Source of the DNA: a virus
Taxonomy: Duplodnaviria; Caudoviricetes
Length of the DNA stretch: 64,000 bases
Virus record (IMG/VR): IMGVR_UViG_2912838376_000002
Span: 32,001 to 96,000 of that record
Reading direction: 5' to 3' (one strand)
A program made the translations under genes and the position numbers. Of this stretch, positions 17,774 to 27,338 are shown piece by piece. Numbering within the stretch: the first letter of the stretch is position 1; every line of letters starts with the position of its first letter. A model generated the notes under the pieces. The model saw only the letters and a program-made list of their open reading frames with translations. It had not been told where the DNA came from and searched no databases.

Positions 17774-18880
17774 GTGAAAATAATGAGACTTGAACGCCAA
17801 AAGGATAGTGAGAAGCTAGAAAAACTACGTCCTTCGTTTCCTTACTATATTTCTGAATACATACAAGTGAGCTTAGATCAACTCACGCCTACAACAGTTC
17901 TCTCATATACAATAGATATCCAAGACTTTTTAGAATGGTTTTGGCATACTTTCGTACCGGAAAAACCGGGAATAAAAGAAATCTCCCTAGAAGACCTAGA
18001 GAGATTAATTGAGATTGATATATCTCATTACCGTTCGCACTTAAAGTATCGTGAGGATTCTCATAACAAAGGTAATAGATATTACAAAACAAAAAATAAG
18101 GACACCACAATCAGCAGAAAGATTAGTGCCCTTAGAAGTTTATTTGATTATTTAACTAAGAATACAAACCGTGAGACAGGAAGACCCTATCTTAGTAAGA
18201 ACGTACTTGAGAACACAAAAGTATTCTCCACGAAAGTTTCTGTTAGAGCTAAGGCTCAGAAACTAAAGAATAGTATTATAAGACTTGAAGAACTGACTGA
18301 GTTCCAAGACTTTATCCTAGAGGGATATGGTAAAGAACAATTAAGTAACATGGAAAAAGCCTACTGGAAAATTAATCGACATAGAGATGCTGCAATCATA
18401 TCCCTTTTATTAACTAGTGGTATCCGTGTTGGTGAGTTATCTAGTCTTAGACTGAAAGATGTTATCTTTGATTCCCGCAAGTTAGTCGTAGAAAGAAAAC
18501 GTAGTAAGGAAGATGTTGTTTTCTTTTCTAAGCAGACGTTAGAATATATAGTACAGTACCTTGAAGTTAGAGAAAGTCATTATAAAGCAGACGATAAACC
18601 GACTTCTCCTTTATTTGTTACAAAATATGCAGGTAAGATAAATCCTATCAGTAAGAATACTGTTCAAAAAATGATAATGAAATATGCTAAAATCTATGGA
18701 AAGCCCGAACTAACAGCACACATATTGCGTCATAGTTTCGGGACGAATGTATTTAAAAAGACCAAGAACATTCGAGGAGTACAAGAAGCTCTTGGTCATT
18801 CATCAATTAATACGACTCAAATCTATACTCACATGTTCGAAGACGACGAACGTGAATTAATAGATGAAGTGTTTGAGTAA
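17774..18880 (+). CDS. XerS/XerC-type tyrosine recombinase
   Basis: RDAAII...SGIRVGEL, HILRHSFGT, LGHSSINTTQIY. Confidence 0.9.
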   Translation: MKIMRLERQKDSEKLEKLRPSFPYYISEYIQVSLDQLTPTTVLSYTIDIQDFLEWFWHTFVPEKPGIKEISLEDLERLIEIDISHYRSHLKYREDSHNKGNRYYKTKNKDTTISRKISALRSLFDYLTKNTNRETGRPYLSKNVLENTKVFSTKVSVRAKAQKLKNSIIRLEELTEFQDFILEGYGKEQLSNMEKAYWKINRHRDAAIISLLLTSGIRVGELSSLRLKDVIFDSRKLVVERKRSKEDVVFFSKQTLEYIVQYLEVRESHYKADDKPTSPLFVTKYAGKINPISKNTVQKMIMKYAKIYGKPELTAHILRHSFGTNVFKKTKNIRGVQEALGHSSINTTQIYTHMFEDDERELIDEVFE

Positions 18881-18883
18881 AAC

Positions 18884-18914
18884 AAAAAGGCTAAGGATAA
18901 ATTCCCTAGCCTTT
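18884..18914. terminator. Bidirectional terminator
   Basis: AAAGGCTAAGG...CCTAGCCTTT between convergent genes. Confidence 0.65.
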
Positions 18915-19116
18915 AATTTATGCCCAACATTCTTATTTGTTCAAAACACAAACTATATAAACCTGGGCGCAATACTTCCCCTTCAATTTTAAAGGTTCTG
19001 TAATCAAATCCCCAGTCAATTGTTCCGTGACATTCTACTGTATATACCTGACCAACCTTGAAATGCTTATAGTTTCCAATACACATAGAGCGTACTAAAT
19101 AAGGTTTCTCCATCAC
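18913..19116 (-). CDS. Hypothetical protein
   Basis: Directly downstream of rtp. Confidence 0.55.
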   Translation of the reverse strand: MMEKPYLVRSMCIGNYKHFKVGQVYTVECHGTIDWGFDYRTFKIEGEVLRPGLYSLCFEQIRMLGIN

Positions 19117-19121
19117 AACCC

Positions 19122-19508
19122 CTAACTAACTGGACCATAATGATCTTTAAGTGCTTTATCAAGCAATCCTTTGCAACGTTCCAGTTCTTTCTTCATTTGT
19201 TGTTTATATCTGTCGTATTCTTTCTTACCGTCATCAGTCAATTGATAAAGAATGATTTCTTGAAAGTCTACTCCCTCTTCCCCTTTTATCTTCTTCTCCC
19301 GTTTTACATATCCATCTCGTGTTAATTCATGTAATGTTTTATATAGTTCTGTATGAGTTGGATTATAGCCTAAAAACTTAAACTCTTCTCTCAAGTCATT
19401 AAGATACTGTGAACCATACCCTTTATTACGATCAATTATTTTATAGATATATAACTTTAAGTATGAACGCTGTTTTAATAAGAACCCTCTATTTTGATAT
19501 TCCTCCAC
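19122..19508 (-). CDS. rtp: Replication terminator protein (RTP) homolog
   Basis: GFLLKQRSYLKLY...YG...LREEFKFLGYNPTHTELYKTLHEL...QEIILYQ...ELERCKGLLDKALKD is collinear with B. subtilis RTP. Confidence 0.85.
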   Translation of the reverse strand: MEEYQNRGFLLKQRSYLKLYIYKIIDRNKGYGSQYLNDLREEFKFLGYNPTHTELYKTLHELTRDGYVKREKKIKGEEGVDFQEIILYQLTDDGKKEYDRYKQQMKKELERCKGLLDKALKDHYGPVS

Positions 19509-19629
19509 CTATAACACCCCTTCTAAATGAAAAAACCATATTCTTATCTTTCAGTAGTTAAATTAATTATACAATTCATAGCAGATTTTGTAAGCTTATT
19601 TGCTACTGACTATGTATTTTAAATAACTA

Positions 19630-19660
19630 TTGAACATTTGGAACATGGTTGGTGATGAAC
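19630..19660 (-). promoter_or_regulatory. Ter-like RTP binding site upstream of rtp
   Basis: Minus strand reads CCATGTTCCAAATGTTCA; B. subtilis TerI core as recalled is CTATGTACCAAATGTTCA (16/18). Confidence 0.65.
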
Positions 19661-19670
19661 ATCTTATTCA

Positions 19671-19817
19671 TTACCTTCTGCTTTCTCTCATTCTGTGACT
19701 ACAGATTTCACATCTATAATCACTAACATGACAAGGGCATTTAGGTTTCTTTCTTTCCCCAATTTCAACGATCACAATGGGCAAAATGGCAATAACTATA
19801 ATAAAAAGGGTCGTCAT
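19671..19817 (-). CDS. Small membrane-anchored Cys/His peptide (48 aa, not in the ORF track)
   Basis: MTTLFIIVIAILPIVIVEIGERKKPKCPCHVSDYRCEICSH... with RBS GAGGTG. Confidence 0.5.
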   Translation of the reverse strand: MTTLFIIVIAILPIVIVEIGERKKPKCPCHVSDYRCEICSHRMRESRR

Positions 19818-19833
19818 ACTATCACCTCGCTTA

Positions 19834-20451
19834 TTAAACAGCGACTAGTTTCTGCTCTCTTAATTTTTTTATGCGTTTCTCTACGCTAATCTTAGTTCTG
19901 TTCATGATTACACCTATTTCTTTTTGAGTCTTCCCCTCTGTGTAAAACAGGTGCCATACTTGAGCATCTTGTTCTGGTGTCCAAGGTCTCGGTCTCTTCA
20001 ACCATTTCTGGTAATCTTCTTTCCTACGCTCTTCTAGCCATTCCGGTTCAGGTGTTAAAGCGTATTTAGGTAGTTGATACCAATTGATTAGATCTTTGTT
20101 TTCTGTTGCCCACTTCCAAAACTTATCTATATCGATGTAAGTAAGAAGACGTTTCACTCCGTCCTCTTTCTTTATACGAAAATCTCTTTGTACTGTAGGC
20201 AAGCCATGATTTTTAGCAAATTTTTTCACCGTCTTGCTACATACACATAAGCATTTTGCTAACTCATGTACAGTTATTAATCCACTTGCTAACTTTGTAT
20301 TTCCAATACCTAATTTGTCCGCCTTAGATTTAACAGCCGTAGGAGTTTTGCCTAACTTTTTGGCAATCCTATCATACGAATATACTCCAATACTGTTCTC
20401 TAAGAATTCAATATCCTTTTCCGTCCATCCGTTACTATATTGATTAGCCAT
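19834..20451 (-). CDS. Multi-HTH DNA-binding protein
   Basis: Repeated WT-x-E/D...IA..LG.T..AV HTH units at both ends. Confidence 0.7.
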   Translation of the reverse strand: MANQYSNGWTEKDIEFLENSIGVYSYDRIAKKLGKTPTAVKSKADKLGIGNTKLASGLITVHELAKCLCVCSKTVKKFAKNHGLPTVQRDFRIKKEDGVKRLLTYIDIDKFWKWATENKDLINWYQLPKYALTPEPEWLEERRKEDYQKWLKRPRPWTPEQDAQVWHLFYTEGKTQKEIGVIMNRTKISVEKRIKKLREQKLVAV

Positions 20452-20584
20452 AAAGTAGACTCACCTTTCTCGTAGATTATTTCTCATGATGTATAGTAAT
20501 TCTGAGATAACATAAGCTATTCAGAAAAAAATTCAAGAAGTAAATTTTAACAATAAAAAAGAGAGCCGAAGCTCTCCCTTTTTC

Positions 20585-21481
20585 TTAACTAGTTTTCATT
20601 AATTCATGAATACTTACTAGTCCATTACCGAACATGTCATCGGCACCTTTTTGTCCAAGATCTACCGAATGCTCACGAATTAATTGCATGATTTGATCAG
20701 GAGTTAACTTTTTACCAATGTCACGATAGCGAGCTAGAATAAGAGCAATTACTCCTGCAACCATTGGAGTAGCCATAGACGTACCAGATAGTCTCGCATA
20801 GCGACCTACAGGGTATGTACTATAAATGTCTACACCTGGAGCAACTACATCTGTTTCACTACCGAAGTTAGAGAAGCTAGCTCTATCAATATTTTGATTG
20901 ATAGCTCCAACCGCAATTACTTCATCGTATGATGCTGGCCATCCAACATGAGTATTCTCATTACCAGTAGCAGCAACAATGATAATACCTGCTTCATGGG
21001 CACGTTTAATTGCATTGTGTAGAACAGGACCAGGATCAGCTGAAGAACCTAGACTCATAGAAATGACATCTACTTCTTCAGAGATAGCCCAATCAATTCC
21101 TTTTACAATTGCTTCAATCGAGCCAGAACCATCATCCCCTAATACTTTAGCGATGTATAATTCAGCTCTAGGAGCAACCCCAACAATACCAATTGAGTTA
21201 TCGCAACCTGCAATGATACCTGCACAGTGCGTACCGTGTCCCTGTCTATCCATTATGTCAGTAAAGTTAGACGTAGTAAAGTTCATTCCTTTTTTGTAAT
21301 TAGCAGCAAGATCCGGATGAGTAGCATCGATACCTGTATCTAATACAGCAACCTTAATGCCCTCTCCTTTTGTTACTGACCACATTTCAGGAGCCTGAAC
21401 AACATTAACACCCCAGTCAACTGTTTGAATAGGTGGCACTGATTGAATCTCAATTACATTAGATTGGATTTTAAATTCCAT
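20585..21481 (-). CDS. Intracellular subtilisin-like S8 peptidase
   Basis: VAVLDTGID, GHGTHCAG, SGTSMATP catalytic triad; no signal peptide; RBS GGAGG. Confidence 0.92.
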   Translation of the reverse strand: MEFKIQSNVIEIQSVPPIQTVDWGVNVVQAPEMWSVTKGEGIKVAVLDTGIDATHPDLAANYKKGMNFTTSNFTDIMDRQGHGTHCAGIIAGCDNSIGIVGVAPRAELYIAKVLGDDGSGSIEAIVKGIDWAISEEVDVISMSLGSSADPGPVLHNAIKRAHEAGIIIVAATGNENTHVGWPASYDEVIAVGAINQNIDRASFSNFGSETDVVAPGVDIYSTYPVGRYARLSGTSMATPMVAGVIALILARYRDIGKKLTPDQIMQLIREHSVDLGQKGADDMFGNGLVSIHELMKTS

Positions 21482-21513
21482 TGGAAGACCTCCTATAATC
21501 ATAATCGGTACTA

Positions 21514-21542
21514 AAAGTAACCATTTGATTTAGAAGGCTCAA
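21514..21542 (-). promoter_or_regulatory. S8 peptidase promoter with AAATCAAATGG motif
   Basis: TTGAGC-N5-AAATCAAATGG-T-TACTTT. Confidence 0.55.
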
Positions 21543-21616
21543 TGAATAAGTGTATCGTCTCCCAACCACTTCACTACAAAATAAAAAGACGAGAACTAAG
21601 TCTCGTCTTGCATTGT

Positions 21617-21715
21617 TTATTTGAAGATAGCAAAAATGATTTCGAAGAACCCTTCAAAGATAGCCCCTAGAAATTCAAAAAATACGGACCATCTTTTTGT
21701 TCTACGTCTAGACAT
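21617..21715 (-). CDS. 32-aa amphipathic peptide coupled to nupC (not in the ORF track)
   Basis: MSRRRTKRWSVFFEFLGAIFEGFFEIIFAIFK; TAATG overlap with the nupC stop; terminator follows. Confidence 0.5.
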   Translation of the reverse strand: MSRRRTKRWSVFFEFLGAIFEGFFEIIFAIFK

Positions 21716-22899
21716 TACACGAATAATCCTACAACCGTTGCAGTTAAGATAGAAGCCATAGTAGCTACGATTAACATCTTAAGTCCAAACTTAGCAACAG
21801 TACCTGCTTTTTCTCCATTGATAGCTTGCATAGAGCCACCGATAATACCAATTGAAGAGAAGTTAGCGAATGATACTAAGAAAGTAGAAACAATCGCTAC
21901 AGTCTTTTCAGATAGGTCAGCAATCATAGGTTTGAATTGAAGCATTGCTACGAATTCATTTGTTGCTAACTTAGTTCCCATGATAGAACCTGCAGTTACA
22001 ATTTCACTTGCTGGAACACCCATAACATATGCGATAGGTGCAAATACATAACCAAGGATTGTAGTAAGATCTACTCCGAAGATACCAGCGAATGCAGCGT
22101 TGATTAATGCGATTAAGGCAATGTATGCAACTAACATAGCAGCAACGATTAAAGCAACCTTACCACCATCAAGAGCACCTACTGAGATAGCTTCAAAGAT
22201 TGATTTTGTTTGAGATACATCTTTGATATTAATCTCTTCATCTTCTTCTTTCTTGATCGGTGCAACAATTGTAGCAATGATTAGAGAAGATAAAGCATTT
22301 AAGATCATAGCAACTAATACATATTTTGCTGGAATCATAGTCATGTATGCGCCCATGATAGCAGCTGATACAGAAGCCATTGCTGATGTACAAACGATAA
22401 ATAATTTGTTGTCATTCATTTTATCTAGGTGTGTTTTAACTGCTAATAATGATTCTGATTGACCGAAGAAAATCGAATTCACAGAGTTAAATGTGACAAC
22501 TTTTGATAATCCAGTAACCTTAGCAAGCGCTCCACCAATACATTTAATTGCTAAAGGAAGCACTTTAATATGAGTTAAGATTGATAATAAAGTTGAAGTA
22601 AAGATAATAATCATAAGAACATTGATGAAGAATACTGTTACGCCCTCTGGAACCAGTCCACCTACGACGAAGTTAACACCTTCAACTCCATATGATAATA
22701 CTTTATTTACACCGTTAGAAACAGCTTCTACTACTTTTAAACCTGCAGTAGTTTTGAACATAACTAGCGTTACAATTACTTGTAATACAAGTAAAACTAG
22801 AATTGCTCTGTAATTGATGTTCTTCTTGTCGTTTGACATTAGGAAGGCAACACCAAATGTAAGAACAATACCTAAAAGACCTATTAAAATACCTGTCAT
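21715..22899 (-). CDS. nupC: NupC/CNT-family nucleoside transporter
   Basis: FFGQSE, KLATNEFVAM, FLVSFANFSSIGI motifs; multi-TM. Confidence 0.92.
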   Translation of the reverse strand: MTGILIGLLGIVLTFGVAFLMSNDKKNINYRAILVLLVLQVIVTLVMFKTTAGLKVVEAVSNGVNKVLSYGVEGVNFVVGGLVPEGVTVFFINVLMIIIFTSTLLSILTHIKVLPLAIKCIGGALAKVTGLSKVVTFNSVNSIFFGQSESLLAVKTHLDKMNDNKLFIVCTSAMASVSAAIMGAYMTMIPAKYVLVAMILNALSSLIIATIVAPIKKEEDEEINIKDVSQTKSIFEAISVGALDGGKVALIVAAMLVAYIALIALINAAFAGIFGVDLTTILGYVFAPIAYVMGVPASEIVTAGSIMGTKLATNEFVAMLQFKPMIADLSEKTVAIVSTFLVSFANFSSIGIIGGSMQAINGEKAGTVAKFGLKMLIVATMASILTATVVGLFV

Positions 22900-22984
22900 T
22901 GTAAAACTCCTTCTTGTTTGTTTTTTATTCGAAACAAAACATAAGCAGTTGACCTATTAAAAGTCAACTGCTTGAATGGACGTT

Positions 22985-23518
22985 TCATCTAGCCTTCATA
23001 TAGCTATACCGTTTCACTTTTTTTAACGGCATTAATTGTTCACAAGTAAGGTACTCATGAGGGAAAATATCTCCACCTTGATTTGGGAATAGGTCAATCC
23101 CCGCTTCTTTTAGGATTTCATCTACTAGTTCCGTACAAACAAACTTGTTCTTGTTATCAAATTTGTCTATTAGTTTACTATTCGGAAATTTCGATTTCAG
23201 ATATAGAGAAATCAATCGAAGCCAATCATAGCGAAAACCTTTTCTCTGATATGTAACTGCTGAAGAAATAATAGCATCTCGTTGTTCTTTCGTTAATTCA
23301 TCCTTATTTCTTAGCACTACACAATCTAAATCACTAGTAGAATACTTCTCTCTTACGATAGTAGATTTTGTATTCCAGTCTATCTCTATGATATACCCTC
23401 CACCCACGTATAAAGCTACATGAGTCCATTTAGAACCTGCTACCTTTTGAATTACCTTTGAGATAAAAGACTTTCCACTTACAACAATAATATCTCCAAC
23501 AATCATATTGCTAACCAC
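22985..23518 (-). CDS. YiiX/YebB-like permuted papain (NlpC/P60) amidase
   Basis: GDII...WTHVALY...RYD...FVCTELV...IFP. Confidence 0.8.
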   Translation of the reverse strand: MVSNMIVGDIIVVSGKSFISKVIQKVAGSKWTHVALYVGGGYIIEIDWNTKSTIVREKYSTSDLDCVVLRNKDELTKEQRDAIISSAVTYQRKGFRYDWLRLISLYLKSKFPNSKLIDKFDNKNKFVCTELVDEILKEAGIDLFPNQGGDIFPHEYLTCEQLMPLKKVKRYSYMKAR

Positions 23519-23532
23519 CTTTCCAGTTTAAA

Positions 23533-23635
23533 TAAAAAAGAGGGGCCTCTAATTAGAGACCCCCAAGAAGAGAGAAGTAAGAAGGAGAAAATAACATAAC
23601 AAACACATAAGAGGATACATATCGTATGATGAACG
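23533..23635 (-). ncRNA. Candidate sRNA 2 (CU-rich, anti-SD) or long sir2 3' UTR
   Basis: TATAAT at 23640-23645 on the minus strand with a weak -35; pyrimidine-rich body; strong terminator at 23533-23566. Confidence 0.4.
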
Positions 23636-23713
23636 CTACATTATATATATAAGCTGTTGCTATATATCTCTCAACCTTCTAAACTACTATCTCTCGACTG
23701 GATAACGATGGTT

Positions 23714-24439
23714 TTATTTCAATCTATTGTCTATCTCTACTAAAGTTTCAGTAATGTTATCGTAAATGCGAACCGAAGCCATATGGTCATACGGTGTATC
23801 GCTTTTGGTGATGATCATCACTGGAGCCTTACCAGGGTAAACACTTTCCACAAGTGAATTAAACGGAAACACTTGTAGTGATGTGCCAAGTACAATCACT
23901 AAGTCAGTCTTTGTCATTTGTTCATTTGCTTGATGCCATGCGAGAGGAGGAAGTGTTTCACCAAACAATATAACTTCCGGACGAACAATCCCTGTACATT
24001 CCCACTCTAAACCACAATTATCCTTACCTTCTTTTGTATACATCGAGTTATCGTATTCCTTTGAGCAAGTATCACAAACAAGATTCCGAAGATGGCCATG
24101 CATTTCAATTACATTTTTACTACCTGCATCTTTATGATAGCTGTCAATGTTCTGAGTAATAACAGCCTTAACCTTCCCCTGCTCTTCCCATTTTGCTAGT
24201 ATTTCATGTGCCTTATTGGGTTTGCAATTTGAAATATCATTGATACGATCTGCAAAGAATTTGACGAACTCAGGTTTACCAACGGCTGAGAAATGAGATA
24301 TCTCTTCTGGTTTCTTTCCATCCCACAACCCACCATTGGACCTATAATCAGGAAGGCCGCTATCCGTTGAGATACCAGCCCCTGTTAATACGACAATATG
24401 ATTTGATTTCTTAATAAGTTCTGCTGCTTTATCTAACAT
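23714..24439 (-). CDS. cobB: Sir2/CobB NAD-dependent deacylase
   Basis: TGAGISTDSGLPDYR, ITQNID, HG, CxxC, GTSLQV. Confidence 0.9.
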   Translation of the reverse strand: MLDKAAELIKKSNHIVVLTGAGISTDSGLPDYRSNGGLWDGKKPEEISHFSAVGKPEFVKFFADRINDISNCKPNKAHEILAKWEEQGKVKAVITQNIDSYHKDAGSKNVIEMHGHLRNLVCDTCSKEYDNSMYTKEGKDNCGLEWECTGIVRPEVILFGETLPPLAWHQANEQMTKTDLVIVLGTSLQVFPFNSLVESVYPGKAPVMIITKSDTPYDHMASVRIYDNITETLVEIDNRLK

Positions 24440-24458
24440 GATAACAACCTACCTTTTA

Positions 24459-25550
24459 TTAATTAGCTGCTTGTAACAACTGTTCTTTCCAAGAGTTTTG
24501 CCCAGTACCTACCGAAGTAGCACTAAATGCTGAAGAAACACCAATAGAATCTTCTATCTTCATTAAGCTAGTTTCCATATCAAATTCAAAGCCACCTGCT
24601 TTTGGATGACCGCCGCCACCCGCAACAGCTTTAGCTATTTCACCAACATGAACATTGTCATGAATTGTACGTAAACTTGCTTTACCACCATTTAAATCAA
24701 GGATCACAATAAAATCTAGATGAGGGTTTTCTTTGCTAAGAGTATTCCCTAATGTTGAGTGATACTGGTCACCAAACACCACCCCAGCCTCATAGCTCTT
24801 ATCCCCTACAGACCATGTGCGAACAATCATTGTCTTAGAACGAGATTCAATGTACTTCTCCTCTTTTTTGTTTTCAACATCAATAAAGAGCTTTTCAGTT
24901 TCATTGAATGAATACTGAACCACTGATGGATCGTTTACATGTTCAGCAATCTTTGCAAATTGCATATGCATGAATTTACTTGGACCAAATGTATAAAGAA
25001 GAGAGTTTAACTCTTTTGCTTCTACATTACCTGTAGTATTCCAATCCCACGTGTCATAAGCACGAACTTGTTCAACAAAGCTAGAGAAGTACTGAGAGTT
25101 TAATACATTATCATCAAACATCTCATTTTCTTTTAGATAAAGATAAAGTAATTCAGTTGCACAAGTTTTTCGTCCATCAAGTTCACTTTCGATAAAAGCC
25201 CAATTTGGATACTTTTCGCTAATCCATTTAGCTGTATCGTGGTGATCAAGAAGAACAAGAGTAAGACCGCGTTCGAATAATTTATTTAAGCGGTCTACTA
25301 ACTCTTCTGACTTTGGAGCGATATCTGTAATTAAGATTGCGTGCCCTTCTAGGGCTTTAGCTGTCTCAAAGAAAGTAATCGTGTCTTCTAGTTTTTCCTC
25401 GAAGTTAGTATATCCGCAATGAATATATTCAGCTGTGTTTAGTTTAGAGATTTTTGATACGACTTGCGGAGCGTATCCATCCATATCATTATGTGACAAA
25501 TGATGAACTACTTTATCTGTTAATGATGGTAAGTTAGTAAAGATAGTCAT
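24459..25550 (-). CDS. DHH/DHHA1 phosphoesterase
   Basis: SHNDMDG, ITD, LDHH, GGGGHPKAGG. Confidence 0.88.
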   Translation of the reverse strand: MTIFTNLPSLTDKVVHHLSHNDMDGYAPQVVSKISKLNTAEYIHCGYTNFEEKLEDTITFFETAKALEGHAILITDIAPKSEELVDRLNKLFERGLTLVLLDHHDTAKWISEKYPNWAFIESELDGRKTCATELLYLYLKENEMFDDNVLNSQYFSSFVEQVRAYDTWDWNTTGNVEAKELNSLLYTFGPSKFMHMQFAKIAEHVNDPSVVQYSFNETEKLFIDVENKKEEKYIESRSKTMIVRTWSVGDKSYEAGVVFGDQYHSTLGNTLSKENPHLDFIVILDLNGGKASLRTIHDNVHVGEIAKAVAGGGGHPKAGGFEFDMETSLMKIEDSIGVSSAFSATSVGTGQNSWKEQLLQAAN

Positions 25551-25569
25551 ACCTATTCCTCCCAATTAA

Positions 25570-26319
25570 TTACGCTTCTGCGCGTTTATTTTTCTTAATA
25601 GCATGTACAACGAATGTCATACCGAAAGTAATGATTAATACGCCGAAGAACATCCAATGTGGAATATGGATTTCTTGCATTTGATAAGCACTGTCAGTGA
25701 ATGAAACAACAAAGTTAACCATGTAATGAACAGTACCTAATAACATCTTCAGACCGATAATTGCAATAAGAACGAATGCTGTGTGTTCCATTTCTGGTAC
25801 ACGATTGATTAACTTAATGAATACTCCTGCAACCGAACGCATCATGATGATTCCAAGAACTCCACCTAAAGCTAATACCCAAAACTTGTCGCTTAATGCT
25901 AATGCTGCTGTAATGCTGTCAATTGAGAATGCTAAATCCATGAATTCGATTGATACAACGATTGCCCAAAACTGTGATAAACGAACACCGAACTTACCTA
26001 AGATCTTGTGAAAAATTGTGTTTTCATATTTGTCTACGTTCATTTCTTCTTCGCCTTGAGATTTGAAGTGGCCGATAGCTAAGTGTAATAAGTAAGCTGC
26101 ACCTAAAACTTTAATGATCCAGAACTTAAGAATAATTGTTCCTAATAAAATAAAGATGGCACGAAATGCAACTGCCCCGACCATACCGTAGTACAATGCC
26201 TTCTTCTGTTTTACAGGGTCTTTAATTTTACTTGCCATCATAGATAATACAAGTGCGTTATCTGCACTTAATAAACCTTCCATAAGTACCAAAATAAAAA
26301 CGATATATAAATTTTCCAA
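25570..26319 (-). CDS. terC: TerC family membrane protein
   Basis: EGLLSADNALVL, DLAFSIDSITAA. Confidence 0.9.
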   Translation of the reverse strand: MENLYIVFILVLMEGLLSADNALVLSMMASKIKDPVKQKKALYYGMVGAVAFRAIFILLGTIILKFWIIKVLGAAYLLHLAIGHFKSQGEEEMNVDKYENTIFHKILGKFGVRLSQFWAIVVSIEFMDLAFSIDSITAALALSDKFWVLALGGVLGIIMMRSVAGVFIKLINRVPEMEHTAFVLIAIIGLKMLLGTVHYMVNFVVSFTDSAYQMQEIHIPHWMFFGVLIITFGMTFVVHAIKKNKRAEA

Positions 26320-26357
26320 TTTAAATTCCTCTTCCCATGTTGTTTTTATGTAATAGA

Positions 26358-26456
26358 TTAACGACGATTCATAATTGCACGTTTGATATCGTCACCTGCG
26401 TAATCCCAAATAAAACATCCTGCAACTGCGCCTAATAAGAAAACGAATAAACTCAT
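26358..26456 (-). CDS. Small membrane peptide (32 aa, not in the ORF track)
   Basis: MSLFVFLLGAVAGCFIWDYAGDDIKRAIMNRR; RBS GGAGG; ATGA overlap with the upstream stop. Confidence 0.5.
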   Translation of the reverse strand: MSLFVFLLGAVAGCFIWDYAGDDIKRAIMNRR

Positions 26457-26680
26457 TTTTTCTTTCCTCCAAACCATAGAATTGTGATTATAAATCCAAA
26501 AATGCCAAATAAAATATGCTGCCCAAAGGACAACATTGCTGCTCCGACACTAGTATAAGGGCGGAACAATAGCTCCACCCATACTAGTACTTTGCAAACA
26601 AAGAACATGACAACTTCTACTACTAATAGCAGAATCATAAATTTAAAGTTATCTGCGACCTTCTTTGCTTTCTCTCTCAT
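26453..26680 (-). CDS. Small membrane protein
   Basis: Two TM segments, within the ter cluster. Confidence 0.6.
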   Translation of the reverse strand: MREKAKKVADNFKFMILLLVVEVVMFFVCKVLVWVELLFRPYTSVGAAMLSFGQHILFGIFGFIITILWFGGKKK

Positions 26681-26684
26681 TTAA

Positions 26685-27287
26685 TTAACCTACTTGTAAT
26701 CCGTACTCAACGATGAAGGCTTCGACACCTTTGTTGTATCCTTTACCTTCAGCACCGAATCTCCAGTCACCATCTTTTAGGTAAAGTTTGAATAGAAGAA
26801 TTGCTGTTTCAGTTGAGTAGTTTTCTTCTAAATCGTACTCGTACATTGGCTCGTTTGTTTCGTCATTAACAAGAACTACTTTCGCGTTACGAACGTCACC
26901 GAAGCGCACACCGTCATTTGTACTAGCAATGAAGTGCATCTCAGTGATATGAGCTGGAAGACGAGTGAAGTCAACAGAGATAACTTCATCTGCACCATCT
27001 TTGCTTCCTGACATTTCATCACCACTATGAACGATTGCTCCACTTGGATGAATAGCTAAGTTGTTTCCATTGTCGTCATAACCGAATGCCACGATGAAGT
27101 CACGATCTTCACGACACTTACCATTAGATTGAAGAGCTACTGCAAAGATATCTAAATCGTGTTTACCGCCTGTATCGAATCGGTTTTCATCCCAAGAGAT
27201 CTCAGCACGAAGTTTCTTCAGTCCTGGTTGTTCCTTACGTAAATTGATTCGTTGTCCGCCTACTACTTTTTGTAAATTAACTGCCAT
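26685..27287 (-). CDS. terD: TerD family protein
   Basis: DLD...HSGD...DEVISVDF...FGDVRNA...LYLKDGDWRFGAEGKGY. Confidence 0.88.
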   Translation of the reverse strand: MAVNLQKVVGGQRINLRKEQPGLKKLRAEISWDENRFDTGGKHDLDIFAVALQSNGKCREDRDFIVAFGYDDNGNNLAIHPSGAIVHSGDEMSGSKDGADEVISVDFTRLPAHITEMHFIASTNDGVRFGDVRNAKVVLVNDETNEPMYEYDLEENYSTETAILLFKLYLKDGDWRFGAEGKGYNKGVEAFIVEYGLQVG

Positions 27288-27338
27288 GATTAATTTCCTC
27301 CTGTTGTATGTTAGTTTTTTGTTTGAGTTTGTTTTTGA

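Noticed and set aside
23714-24439. Sir2 as a Thoeris/DSR-type defence NADase
   Set aside because: Short canonical CobB-type deacylase with Zn cysteines; no TIR, HerA or pAgo partner nearby.
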